Shown piece after piece: positions 1-7,235 of a DNA stretch of 24,000 bases. The notes under the pieces were generated by a model. It saw nothing but the letters and a program-made list of their open reading frames with translations. It did not search any database and was not told where the DNA came from. Made by a program: the position numbers and the translations under genes. How positions within the stretch are numbered: position 1 is the first letter of the stretch; every line of letters begins with the position of its first letter. Where the stretch lies: NCBI GenBank assembly GCA_035270805.1, contig DATESM010000077.1, positions 1 to 24,000 of the forward strand. Direction: 5' to 3'. This stretch comes from Bacilli bacterium (GTDB taxonomy: Bacteria > Bacillota_I > Bacilli_A > RFN20 > CAG-826).

Positions 1-665
1 TCTTCTAACACATAAGCACCAACCTGATATCCCTTTTTATTAAAGAGATCGATAATGTCTGTTAAATAAAGTTCGCCTGAAGCATTGTTGGTATTTAAAT
101 AGTCTAATTGTTCAAATAAATACGTGTTATTAACAACATAAACGCCCGCGTTGACTTCATTAACTTTAATTTGCTCACCTTGCAAATCCTTTTGTTCGAC
201 AATCGCTTGTACATGATTGTCTTGGTCGCGTATGATGCGCCCATACCCATGTGGATTTTGTGGAGTCGCGGTTAAAACGGTGAGATCAAGCTTATGTTCA
301 AGGTGGTATGACACAAGTTTTCTAAGCGATTCATTCGTCAATAGGGGTGTATCTCCACAGAGAATGAGTGTCGTACCCTCAACGCCTTTGAGCATCGGTG
401 CAGTTTGCATAATGGCATGCCCTGTTCCTAGTTGCTCATGTTGCCAGGCAATATCAGCCTCTTTTTCAACTAACTGCTTAGTATATTCGCCACCATGACC
501 AACAATGACCACCTTTTTTCCATCAACGAGTCCTTTTGTTGCGTCAAGCACATAGTTAACGAGCGCAACCCCTAAAATTGGGTAGCCAACTTTAGAAATG
601 TCATTATTCAGTGAACGCATTCTTGTTCCCTTGCCTGCTGCAAGGATGATTGAGTGTAATTTCAT
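1..665 (-). CDS. glmU: Bifunctional UDP-N-acetylglucosamine pyrophosphorylase / GlcN-1-P acetyltransferase GlmU, first ~221 codons (3' part runs off the left window edge)
   Basis: Absent from the ORF track because it is open at the edge. Hand translation of the minus strand from the ATG (complement of 663-665) gives MKLHSIILAAGKGTRMRS..VVIVGHG..QLGTGHA..LILCGDTPLLT..GYGRIIRD..VNAGVYVV..SGELYLTDIIDL. The LAAGxGTRM nucleotidyltransferase loop and the GDTPLLT, GYGRIIR and GE-YL-D blocks are colinear with Bacillus GlmU (GcaD). An in-frame TAG lies 19 codons upstream. Confidence 0.85.
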   Translation of the reverse strand, partial: MKLHSIILAAGKGTRMRSLNNDISKVGYPILGVALVNYVLDATKGLVDGKKVVIVGHGGEYTKQLVEKEADIAWQHEQLGTGHAIMQTAPMLKGVEGTTLILCGDTPLLTNESLRKLVSYHLEHKLDLTVLTATPQNPHGYGRIIRDQDNHVQAIVEQKDLQGEQIKVNEVNAGVYVVNNTYLFEQLDYLNTNNASGELYLTDIIDLFNKKGYQVGAYVLE

Positions 666-779
666 AATATATTGTCGGTCGTTAGCCGACACCTCCTTTA
701 TCAGTATGTATGAATTTGCCTAATACATATTTTACCTTATTTTGTTTATTGTCGGCGATGTTTATCGCAATTAAATACC

Positions 780-1595
780 TTATTCAGTTCCTTCTTCATC
801 AAAATACTTGAATAATAGGACAAATTTTTGGGCTTCTACTTCCTCTGGTCTTACTTTTAAATCTAAGCCTGCTTGCAAAATGATACTAGTGGCCCTATTG
901 CGATCACCAACAAGCGTGACCAAATTATTTAACAGTGTTTTCCTTCTCATTAGGAACAGCGCCTTAATAAATTTATAAAGGGGGCGTAAGGTTAACCCAT
1001 GCTCTTTGAGTCTAAACACATAGACGCTAGAGTTCACGTTGGGTGAAGGATAAAAAGCTGTTTTATCTGCGTTAAGGACATGTTTAATGGTCCCTGTGAG
1101 ATTGAGAAGAACTGCTAATGGACCATATTCCTTTGATTTTGGAGAGGCAAAAAGCCGCTCACTTACTTCTTGTTGAACCATAAAGACAAAATTAATGAGG
1201 TCTTGATTATCAAGAATGACCTTTTCAATAATAGATGTTGTAATGTAGTAGGGAAGATTAGAGATGACGCTCAAGCGTTGTTGCATAAACGGCACTTTAA
1301 GAATATCCTGGTCAATTACCTCAACATTGGCTTTCTCCTCATAGCGTTTTTTGAGATAAAAAGCTAGCCCATGATCAATTTCGACAAGTTTGACCTGCTT
1401 GGATGTTTCAACAAGGTAATCACTCAATGCACCAAGGCCAGGACCAATTTCATAGATCACTTCACTTTCATCTTCGAGCACAATTTTTGTGATTTTTTCG
1501 GAAATCGTGTGTGAAATTAAAAAGTTTTGTCCGAAACGTTTTTGTGGGGCTAAACCTAGACGTTCTAACAGCGCAATTGTATTATTTTTATCCAT
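780..1595 (-). CDS. rsmA: 16S rRNA (adenine1518/1519-N6)-dimethyltransferase RsmA/KsgA
   Basis: 271-aa ORF. The N-terminus contains ..KRFGQNFL.., followed by the SAM motif EIGPGLGALS and the NLPYYITT motif typical of KsgA/Erm methyltransferases. It follows rnmV with an 8-nt overlap, the same rnmV-ksgA pairing as in Bacillus. Confidence 0.95.
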   Translation of the reverse strand: MDKNNTIALLERLGLAPQKRFGQNFLISHTISEKITKIVLEDESEVIYEIGPGLGALSDYLVETSKQVKLVEIDHGLAFYLKKRYEEKANVEVIDQDILKVPFMQQRLSVISNLPYYITTSIIEKVILDNQDLINFVFMVQQEVSERLFASPKSKEYGPLAVLLNLTGTIKHVLNADKTAFYPSPNVNSSVYVFRLKEHGLTLRPLYKFIKALFLMRRKTLLNNLVTLVGDRNRATSIILQAGLDLKVRPEEVEAQKFVLLFKYFDEEGTE

Positions 1596-2109
1596 GAATT
1601 AAGTCCTCTATTTCTTGTTTTGTCACCCCCAAGTATTTGAGGCGTTTTATCATTGTTTTTTTGTTTGTATTTTTGAGTGGATATTTTTGTGCCAAAATAT
1701 GGTAGAAAGCAGGATTCTTCGCCTGTAAAGTTAATAGATCTGTCAAGTTAAGGGAGAGAGGCATTTCTTTTGCAGGTGAAACTAGGGGCGTGACGACTTC
1801 AAGCAAGTGTTCAATGTCCGTTTCAGCAATACCAACCTTCCCCTTTTTGATCCCTCTTTTTTTGTCCGTCAGTGCCACTTTAGGGTTAGTAAGGACCGCT
1901 AATAGGGTTTGACGAATTTGATTTCCTGGGCCGTCAGGGTCTGTAATAATGACGATATCATGCGTTTTTTCCAAAGCAATGAGATAGTCTTTTGTTTCAC
2001 GTGAAACATATGTTCCGTTTGTAATGACTATTTCGGTATCAAAAAATCTCGATAAAAGCGCCTTATCACTTTGCCCTTCGACAACGAATACCGAATTAGT
2101 TTTAATCAT
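1588..2109 (-). CDS. rnmV: Ribonuclease M5 (5S rRNA maturase, Toprim domain)
   Basis: 173-aa ORF. Toprim signature VVEGQSDK ... IITDPDGPG. Its size and its position between tatD and ksgA match Bacillus rnmV. The start overlaps the tatD stop as ATGA. Confidence 0.9.
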   Translation of the reverse strand: MIKTNSVFVVEGQSDKALLSRFFDTEIVITNGTYVSRETKDYLIALEKTHDIVIITDPDGPGNQIRQTLLAVLTNPKVALTDKKRGIKKGKVGIAETDIEHLLEVVTPLVSPAKEMPLSLNLTDLLTLQAKNPAFYHILAQKYPLKNTNKKTMIKRLKYLGVTKQEIEDLIHG

Positions 2110-2885
2110 TGCTGTTCCACATGAAACACATTGAAGCTATTAGCGAGGATAATTTCGGCTAATTTTTCTTCATCCATCGCTCTTAAAAGTGCAATCTCTT
2201 TGAGGATGAGAGGAAGTAGACTTGATTGATTTAATTTCCCCCTCAATGGATGAGGGGCCAAGTAAGGGCTATCTGTTTCTATTAATAGACGGTCAAGTGG
2301 GACATCCATCGCTACGCGTTTTGGTTCTTTTGCATTCTTAAAAGTGACGGGTCCTCCCAGCGAAATATAAAAGCCTAATTTAATAAACTCTTGCGCCATT
2401 TCACTCGAAGAAGAAAAGCAGTGCATAATGCCTCCCTTATTGACTGGATGTGCTTTCAGAATATCTAGCGTATCTTGACTTGCATCACGCATATGGACAA
2501 CGATTGGTAAATTATATTGGTTGGCGAGTTGAATTTGACGAACAAACCATTGTTTTTGAATGGCGTGTTCTTCGCTCTCCTTATGCCAGTGGTAATCAAG
2601 TCCAATTTCACCTAATGCGACGACTTTATTATGGCTTAGAAGTGCTTCAATTTCTTTTAAATCATTTTCTTCTGTCTTAAAAACATCACTAGGATGGATA
2701 CCAATCACGGCAAAAACATTTGGATAACGGGTCGCTAGTTCGAGTGCTTTTTTACTCGAGGCTAAATCCCAACCAACCACACTTAAATATTTAACACCTT
2801 CACTTTGTGCCCGTGAAAGATAGCCTTCAATATCTTGTTGAAAGTCTTGGGCATTTAAATGACAGTGTGTATCAAATAAAATCAT
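2106..2885 (-). CDS. tatD: TatD-family metal-dependent DNase/hydrolase
   Basis: The ORF track extends to 2948, but the first 21 codons overlap the mnmE 3' end. The conserved TatD N-terminus MILFDTHCHL begins at the ATG at 2885 (complement of 2883-2885), 1 nt after the mnmE stop. Later motifs GEIGLDYH, VHMRDA, HCFS and ETDSPYL are present. Confidence 0.9.
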   Translation of the reverse strand: MILFDTHCHLNAQDFQQDIEGYLSRAQSEGVKYLSVVGWDLASSKKALELATRYPNVFAVIGIHPSDVFKTEENDLKEIEALLSHNKVVALGEIGLDYHWHKESEEHAIQKQWFVRQIQLANQYNLPIVVHMRDASQDTLDILKAHPVNKGGIMHCFSSSSEMAQEFIKLGFYISLGGPVTFKNAKEPKRVAMDVPLDRLLIETDSPYLAPHPLRGKLNQSSLLPLILKEIALLRAMDEEKLAEIILANSFNVFHVEQQ

Positions 2886-2886
2886 C

Positions 2887-4215
2887 TTATTTACCCACAC
2901 AAAAACGCGAAAATATCTCTTTAGAGAGATCGGCGTCATTATTTTCACCTAATAGATCATTTAATGTAAAGAAGGCGTCTTGTAGTGTGACCGAAACAAG
3001 ATCAAGCGGCACATCATTAAGCGCATCTTCCCTTGCTTGCTCGAGTAATCGCTTTGTTTTTGAAAGTAATCCAAGTTGACGCGCATTATTTAAACTTGGT
3101 CTGAGAGAACTTTCTTCTTCAATGCCTAAAAGCGCAAGTACTTGCCGCTCTAGGCCAGCGATGTCTTTACTCAGTGCAGAAATATAAATAGCATCTTCGT
3201 CACGGTCTTTGATAAGATCACTTTTGTTATAGACAACGATTCTCTTTTTGTGTTTGGTCATCTCAATCAGTTCGCGGTCTTCTTCATTCAATTTTTGTGA
3301 AGCATCGAGAACAACAATAATCAGATCCGCATCTTGAATTGACTGTTTAGCTTTGTTAATTCCAATTGATTCAACGACGTCGCTACTTTCTCTTATGCCT
3401 GCTGTATCAAATAGATTAAGCGTAATACCCTTTATTTTTACTTGGCCTTCAACAATATCTCTTGTCGTTCCTGCAATATCGGTCACAATGGCTTTCTCTT
3501 CATTAAGTAGGGCGTTCAATAGTGATGACTTGCCAACGTTAGGACGCCCGACAATGGCGACGTTAATCCCCTCTTTAATGATCTTCCCTTGTAATCCTTG
3601 GGCAATTAGCTTAGCAATTTCTTGGTTAATAGTCATTAACTGTTCAATGACTTCCTGTTTCGTGACAATTCCGATGTCTTCATATTCAGGATAATCAATA
3701 TTAACCTCAATATGGCTGAGTAAATCAGCGATTTTAGCCTTGATTGGTATCACGATTTGGCTGGTTGCGCCTTCAAGAGACAATAAAGACAACTTCTTGG
3801 CCTCATTCGATGTTGCATTGATCATGTCATTAATCGCTTCGGCTTGAATCAAATCAATTTTTCCATTCAAATATGCTCGACTTGAAAACTCACCTTGAAC
3901 CGCTAGACGAGCGCCATGTTTGACAAAAAGCTCCATGATCTGATTGGCGATCAGCATTGACCCGTGACAAATAATTTCAACAACATTTTCACCTGTAAAA
4001 GATTTAGGTGCAACGAAAAGAAGTGCCACAACTTCATCAATGATTTCACCATCATCAACAATATAGCCGTATTCAATTTTTTTACTCTTTGTCTGGCTGA
4101 CATCTTTACTAAAGATTTTGCCAAATATTTCAATCGCATCAGCGCCCGATACACGGATGACAGCGAGCGCACTTTTTAGGGGGGCTGTCGCTAATGCAAC
4201 GATTGTTTCTACCAT
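2887..4215 (-). CDS. mnmE: tRNA uridine-5-carboxymethylaminomethyl modification GTPase MnmE (TrmE)
   Basis: G-domain motifs GRPNVGKSSLLN, DTAG and NKSDL are present, as is the hallmark C-terminal tetrapeptide CVGK (FCxGK). The ORF-track start at 4224 is a GTG inside the Shine-Dalgarno AGAGGTG. I prefer the ATG at 4215, 6 nt after that SD, which gives MVETIVALAT... Confidence 0.95.
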   Translation of the reverse strand: MVETIVALATAPLKSALAVIRVSGADAIEIFGKIFSKDVSQTKSKKIEYGYIVDDGEIIDEVVALLFVAPKSFTGENVVEIICHGSMLIANQIMELFVKHGARLAVQGEFSSRAYLNGKIDLIQAEAINDMINATSNEAKKLSLLSLEGATSQIVIPIKAKIADLLSHIEVNIDYPEYEDIGIVTKQEVIEQLMTINQEIAKLIAQGLQGKIIKEGINVAIVGRPNVGKSSLLNALLNEEKAIVTDIAGTTRDIVEGQVKIKGITLNLFDTAGIRESSDVVESIGINKAKQSIQDADLIIVVLDASQKLNEEDRELIEMTKHKKRIVVYNKSDLIKDRDEDAIYISALSKDIAGLERQVLALLGIEEESSLRPSLNNARQLGLLSKTKRLLEQAREDALNDVPLDLVSVTLQDAFFTLNDLLGENNDADLSKEIFSRFCVGK

Positions 4216-4255
4216 AATGATCACCTCTTAAATATTTTAACATAATCGACTATAA

Positions 4256-4283
4256 GCAAGAGAAAAACCACCAAGTGGTGGTT
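4256..4283 (-). terminator. Intrinsic terminator/attenuator-like hairpin between jag and mnmE
   Basis: Minus-strand RNA reads UAACCACC-ACUU-GGUGGUU followed by UUUCUCUU. The stem is 7 bp and overlaps the jag stop codon. Just downstream lies a TGn-extended -10 (TGtTAAAAT) ahead of the mnmE SD, so mnmE may have its own promoter. Confidence 0.5.
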
Positions 4284-4887
4284 ATTCAGTTTCAGTGTAT
4301 TTAATGACAATGCGGCGATCGCTACGTTCACCAACAGATTCGGTCGCGATGTTTGTGTAGCCAGAGAGGGCATTATGAACTGCGCGTCTTTCATCGGCAA
4401 CCATCGGGTCAAGTGTCACATCAATGTGTGTCTTCTTAACCTCACGAGCAATGCGTTTAGCCATTGAGATAACCTTAGTATAGCGTTGGTTTTTATAATC
4501 ATTAATGTCGACAAGCACACGGATACGTTTTTTGTAGTGCGTGGTTGCCGCGAGTTTGACTAGTTGGTTGATGGCGGCAAGTGTTCTCCCGTTTTTACCA
4601 ATCAGAATTGAGTTGTGCGTTGTATCTACTTCAAGTCTGATGAGCGCTCCTTCAACTGAAGGTTTGACGGTTGGTTCGATGTCGAAGGCACTAATGATAT
4701 CCACTAAGTATTTTGATAAGTACTCGATTACATCACTGACTTCATGAACGTTAATGACGACTGTCTTTTTGAAAAGTCTTTTCTTTTCTTCGACAAACTC
4801 ATAAATAATGTCTTCAACTGGAAGACCAAAATCTTCACTAGCTTGCTCGAGGGCGAGCTCTATTGTTTTTGCTTCATATATTTTCAT
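4282..4887 (-). CDS. jag: Jag/KhpB(EloR)-type RNA-binding protein (Jag-N, KH and R3H domains)
   Basis: 201-aa ORF. KH-like segment ILIGKNGRTLAAINQL and C-terminal R3H-like segment ..DPMVADERRAVHNAL... It sits immediately downstream of yidC with an ATGA start/stop overlap, the canonical spoIIIJ-jag pairing. Confidence 0.9.
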   Translation of the reverse strand: MKIYEAKTIELALEQASEDFGLPVEDIIYEFVEEKKRLFKKTVVINVHEVSDVIEYLSKYLVDIISAFDIEPTVKPSVEGALIRLEVDTTHNSILIGKNGRTLAAINQLVKLAATTHYKKRIRVLVDINDYKNQRYTKVISMAKRIAREVKKTHIDVTLDPMVADERRAVHNALSGYTNIATESVGERSDRRIVIKYTETE

Positions 4888-6269
4888 TTTTTAGTCCTCT
4901 TCTTTTCTAATACAATGTGTGTAATAACGGCTTGAGCGATTGAAATAAGCGCACCAACAAGCCAGTAAATTCCCATCGCTGCTGGGAGTGACCAGGACAT
5001 GACGATAATCATGATAAACATAAACCAGGTAATCATCTTCATTTGTGATTGTTGTTTATCAGCGGCAGGATTTGTCGTTGTCTTAACAACATCTTTTTTC
5101 ACGCGTCCTTTGGTTAGCCATTGGGTAATTCTTGTGGCGATAAATTGGGCAACCGCCATCAGAAGGAAGAGGCCTACAGCCGTCCACCAACCAGGGCTAA
5201 ACCAGTTAGCCATCATCGCACTACCTAGTTGTGCGTTAAGATTGAGCCCTAAAACAGCATCACTTGCTAGTGAAGCACTACCTGTCATCGCTCCCCAAAC
5301 CGCAATAAAGATTGGGAATTGGACAAACATGACAAGAATCGAACTCAATGGATTAACACCATTTTTCTTATAAAGAGCCATTTGCGCATTTGCAAGAGCT
5401 TGTTTTTCATATTGGTTTGTGTTTGAATTTGGGAATTTTTGTTGAATTTTGGAAAGTTCAGGTTGCAGGGCTTGCATTTTTTGTTGAGATATAGTCGATT
5501 TGAGCGTCACTAAAATCATCAGCGTTCTCACAACGACTGTGACAATAAGGATAGCCCATACTTGACCAATACCACCAGCGCCAAATGCTGAGGTTAAGAC
5601 TTCAACAAATGCGGCGATAGGATAAACAAGTAAGCCTTCGATTGGTCCACGGCTAAATGCATAACCCCAGTCCTTTGCGGTCACGGTGATTTTTTCACCA
5701 TCTGGTCCATATTGACCTTCGGTAATAGCAATACAGGCTCTGTAAGCAGCAACCTTGGTTGTTAGTTCTTGTTTATAAAATGCTTTGAAATCTGTTGTTG
5801 GGGCGTTTTCGATACCGATTTCTTGACCAATTGAGTGAACCCAATAGTCAAAGTTTCCCCATAGATCAGTGCCATCATTCGCACTCATCACTTCCTTAGT
5901 TCCTAAAAACTTATAGTGTCCAAATAGTCTCAGAGCCTCTTGGTTGTTTTCCTCAGCACTGAGTTGTGCATCTGGTGTGTAAAAAGAGTTAGCGAGTGAC
6001 AAAACTTCTTCATCAAGCCGAATCCAGAAAGCTTGGGTTGGAACCGCAAAACCCTGATCTTCAGCTTTTTCAATAACCGCTTGTAGATTATCGTTATAGG
6101 TGTAAGTTGTTGTTTCGCCTTCAACGGTTGTGATCAAGCCACGATCTTCGTTGTAGAGCATATGAGCAGTATCAGCTGGAGCACAAAAGCTAGCCGTACA
6201 GCCGGATAAGACGAAAACGGCCGTAATTAAACCGCCGATGGTTAATAGTCTTTTATTTTTCTTGTTCAT
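4884..6269 (-). CDS. yidC: YidC/SpoIIIJ/Oxa1-family membrane protein insertase, lipoprotein form with a long extracytoplasmic N-terminal domain
   Basis: Lipobox LSGC (Cys24) follows a KKNKR n-region and a hydrophobic core. The conserved core from about residue 213 (LVYPIAAF..ILIVTVVVRTLMILVTLKSTISQQKMQALQPELSKIQQKF..) is colinear with Bacillus SpoIIIJ. Its position is between rnpA and jag. Confidence 0.9.
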   Translation of the reverse strand: MNKKNKRLLTIGGLITAVFVLSGCTASFCAPADTAHMLYNEDRGLITTVEGETTTYTYNDNLQAVIEKAEDQGFAVPTQAFWIRLDEEVLSLANSFYTPDAQLSAEENNQEALRLFGHYKFLGTKEVMSANDGTDLWGNFDYWVHSIGQEIGIENAPTTDFKAFYKQELTTKVAAYRACIAITEGQYGPDGEKITVTAKDWGYAFSRGPIEGLLVYPIAAFVEVLTSAFGAGGIGQVWAILIVTVVVRTLMILVTLKSTISQQKMQALQPELSKIQQKFPNSNTNQYEKQALANAQMALYKKNGVNPLSSILVMFVQFPIFIAVWGAMTGSASLASDAVLGLNLNAQLGSAMMANWFSPGWWTAVGLFLLMAVAQFIATRITQWLTKGRVKKDVVKTTTNPAADKQQSQMKMITWFMFIMIIVMSWSLPAAMGIYWLVGALISIAQAVITHIVLEKKRTKK

Positions 6270-6597
6270 TCAGTTTTATCTCCGTTTTGTCTAACATTTT
6301 TTTGACTAGTTCACTAATTTGCGCAAACGAGTAATCAAGATAATTTTTTCTCACAACCGCAATGATTTCGAAATGAGGATATGTTTCAATGTAGTTTCTA
6401 AAAATAGAGCGGAGTTGTCGTTTAATCTTGTTTCTCGTGACTGCATTGCCTACCTTTTTGCTAACAGCAATGCCTACAGTGAGATGATTGCTTTGACAAG
6501 TGTAATATAGCACTAATGCATTAGTCTTGAGAGCAGTTCCTTCATGAAGAATACGTGTGAAGTCTTTATTGTGTCTCACGCGATTGTATTTTTTCAC
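6253..6597 (-). CDS. rnpA: Ribonuclease P protein component
   Basis: 114-aa basic ORF with the RNR-like motif AVTRNKIKRQLR. It has a GTG start (complement of 6595-6597) 6 nt after the SD GAAGGAGGG. It lies directly downstream of rpmH and overlaps the yidC start by 17 nt. Confidence 0.95.
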   Translation of the reverse strand: MKKYNRVRHNKDFTRILHEGTALKTNALVLYYTCQSNHLTVGIAVSKKVGNAVTRNKIKRQLRSIFRNYIETYPHFEIIAVVRKNYLDYSFAQISELVKKMLDKTEIKLNEQEK

Positions 6598-6611
6598 TTA
6601 GAACCCTCCTT

Positions 6612-6641
6612 CATTAAGAAAATAGCCGGATTGAACCGGCT
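6612..6641 (-). terminator. Hairpin plus U-rich tract between rpmH and rnpA (partial terminator/attenuator)
   Basis: Minus-strand RNA reads AGCCGG-UUCAAU-CCGGCU followed by AUUUUCUUAAU. It begins 7 nt after the rpmH stop and precedes the rnpA SD. The 6-bp GC-rich stem is likely leaky, which would set the rpmH:rnpA ratio. Confidence 0.5.
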
Positions 6642-6647
6642 TCAGAA

Positions 6648-6782
6648 TTAAACTGTTAAGGAATGACGACCCTTAGCGCGACGTGCTGCTAAGATTTTAC
6701 GACCACTAGGTGTTGACATTCTTTCTCTAAAGCCATGGACACGGGCTCTTTTGATCTTACTTGGTTGATATGTTCTTTTCAT
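6648..6782 (-). CDS. rpmH: 50S ribosomal protein L34
   Basis: Not in the ORF track (44 codons). Hand translation gives [44 protein letters not shown], a near-consensus L34. The SD AAGGAGAA lies 6 nt upstream. Confidence 0.95.
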   Translation of the reverse strand: MKRTYQPSKIKRARVHGFRERMSTPSGRKILAARRAKGRHSLTV

Positions 6783-6830
6783 ATTGGTTCTCCTTGCTGT
6801 TTAGCATTACAACATAAGTTGTGCTTATAA

Positions 6831-6860
6831 ATTGTATATTCTTTTACTATGTAAAGTCAA
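6831..6860 (-). promoter_or_regulatory. Candidate sigma-A promoter of the rpmH-rnpA-yidC-jag operon
   Basis: On the minus strand, TTGACT (complement of 6855-6860) is followed by an 18-nt spacer and TACAAT (complement of 6831-6836). The predicted 5' leader begins with an imperfect hairpin (6804-6824, GCA-CAAC/GUUG-UGC with a 3-nt bulge). Confidence 0.45.
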
Positions 6861-7066
6861 ACGAATAATAAAAAATGATTCAAAAGCGTCAAAATGACAC
6901 TGTTTTACCATCAAATTGATTTCTCCACATTTTTTGTGGAAAAGCTGACTGGATACTGTGAAATCCTTATAAAAACACTGATAACATGGTTGTTTATCTT
7001 TGTGGAAAAACAAGCAGGCCTGGGGAAAACAATACACACAACCCACAGTTATCCTTGTTTACAAAT

Positions 7067-7075
7067 TTATCCACA
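7067..7075 (+). promoter_or_regulatory. Perfect consensus DnaA box TTATCCACA
   Basis: Exact 9/9 match read directly from the sequence. It is followed after 3 nt by an 8/9 box, TTATCCCCA (7079-7087), in the same orientation. Confidence 0.9.
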
Positions 7076-7105
7076 CAGTTATCCCCATAAGAAAATTGTG
7101 GAAAG

Positions 7106-7114
7106 TGTGGATAA
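7106..7114 (-). promoter_or_regulatory. Perfect consensus DnaA box (TGTGGATAA on the plus strand)
   Basis: Exact 9/9 match to the complement of the consensus. It directly abuts a 7/9 box at 7097-7105. Confidence 0.9.
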
Positions 7115-7197
7115 CTCTATAAAATCGTCGCTTTTTTATCCTCTTTTTGTGGACAAATAATTTAGTGGGATTTTCGCCCCCATTTCAGATGTGGATA

Positions 7198-7206
7198 TGT
7201 TAGAAT
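7198..7206 (+). promoter_or_regulatory. Candidate extended -10 promoter element of dnaA
   Basis: TGtTAGAAT lies 30 nt upstream of the dnaA ATG, and the SD ACGGAGG is at 7221-7227. The element overlaps the DnaA box at 7190-7198 by 1 nt, consistent with DnaA autorepression. Confidence 0.5.
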
Positions 7207-7235
7207 TCCTTTGTAGTTAAACGGAGGCTTAGTTT

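Larger units (their letters stand above)
6921..7198. promoter_or_regulatory. oriC DnaA-box cluster (rpmH-dnaA intergenic)
   Basis: These 9-mers lie within 0-2 mismatches of TTATCCACA or its complement TGTGGATAA: 6921-6929 TTCTCCACA; 6935-6943 TGTGGAAAA; 7001-7009 TGTGGAAAA; 7067-7075 TTATCCACA (perfect); 7079-7087 TTATCCCCA; 7097-7105 TGTGGAAAG; 7106-7114 TGTGGATAA (perfect); 7136-7144 TTATCCTCT; 7148-7156 TGTGGACAA; 7190-7198 TGTGGATAT. A more degenerate site lies at 7049-7057. Confidence 0.9.

Noticed and set aside
217-498. A 93-aa plus-strand ORF from the ORF track at the left end of the window.
   Set aside because: It is antisense to the well-supported glmU reading frame. It is Cys/Ser-rich and not protein-like.
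671-755. The 8-mer ATTGTCGG occurs twice (671-678 and 748-755) in the rsmA-glmU spacer, possibly as a regulatory direct repeat.
   Set aside because: A single 8-mer recurrence in about 110 bp is close to chance expectation. One copy is simply part of the leader hairpin arm.
755-768. A small hairpin, GCGAT-GTTT-ATCGC, just downstream of the rsmA stop, considered as a terminator.
   Set aside because: It has only 5 bp and no U-tract on the transcribed (minus) strand. That is insufficient for an intrinsic terminator call.
2886-2948. 5' extensions of the ORF-track calls for tatD (to 2948), mnmE (GTG 4224), recF (ATG 10092) and gyrA (ATG 13182).
   Set aside because: Each extension overlaps the preceding gene and adds non-conserved residues ahead of a canonical family N-terminus. 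In the mnmE and gyrA cases it ignores a well-spaced SD in front of the internal ATG. The shorter starts were adopted.
6825-7160. ORFs of 73 aa (minus strand) and 88 aa (plus strand) inside the rpmH-dnaA intergenic region.
   Set aside because: They are built from the DnaA-box repeats, whose HKKIVESVDN and FPQACLFF style translations are repeat artefacts. They have no SD, and the region is better explained as oriC plus promoters.
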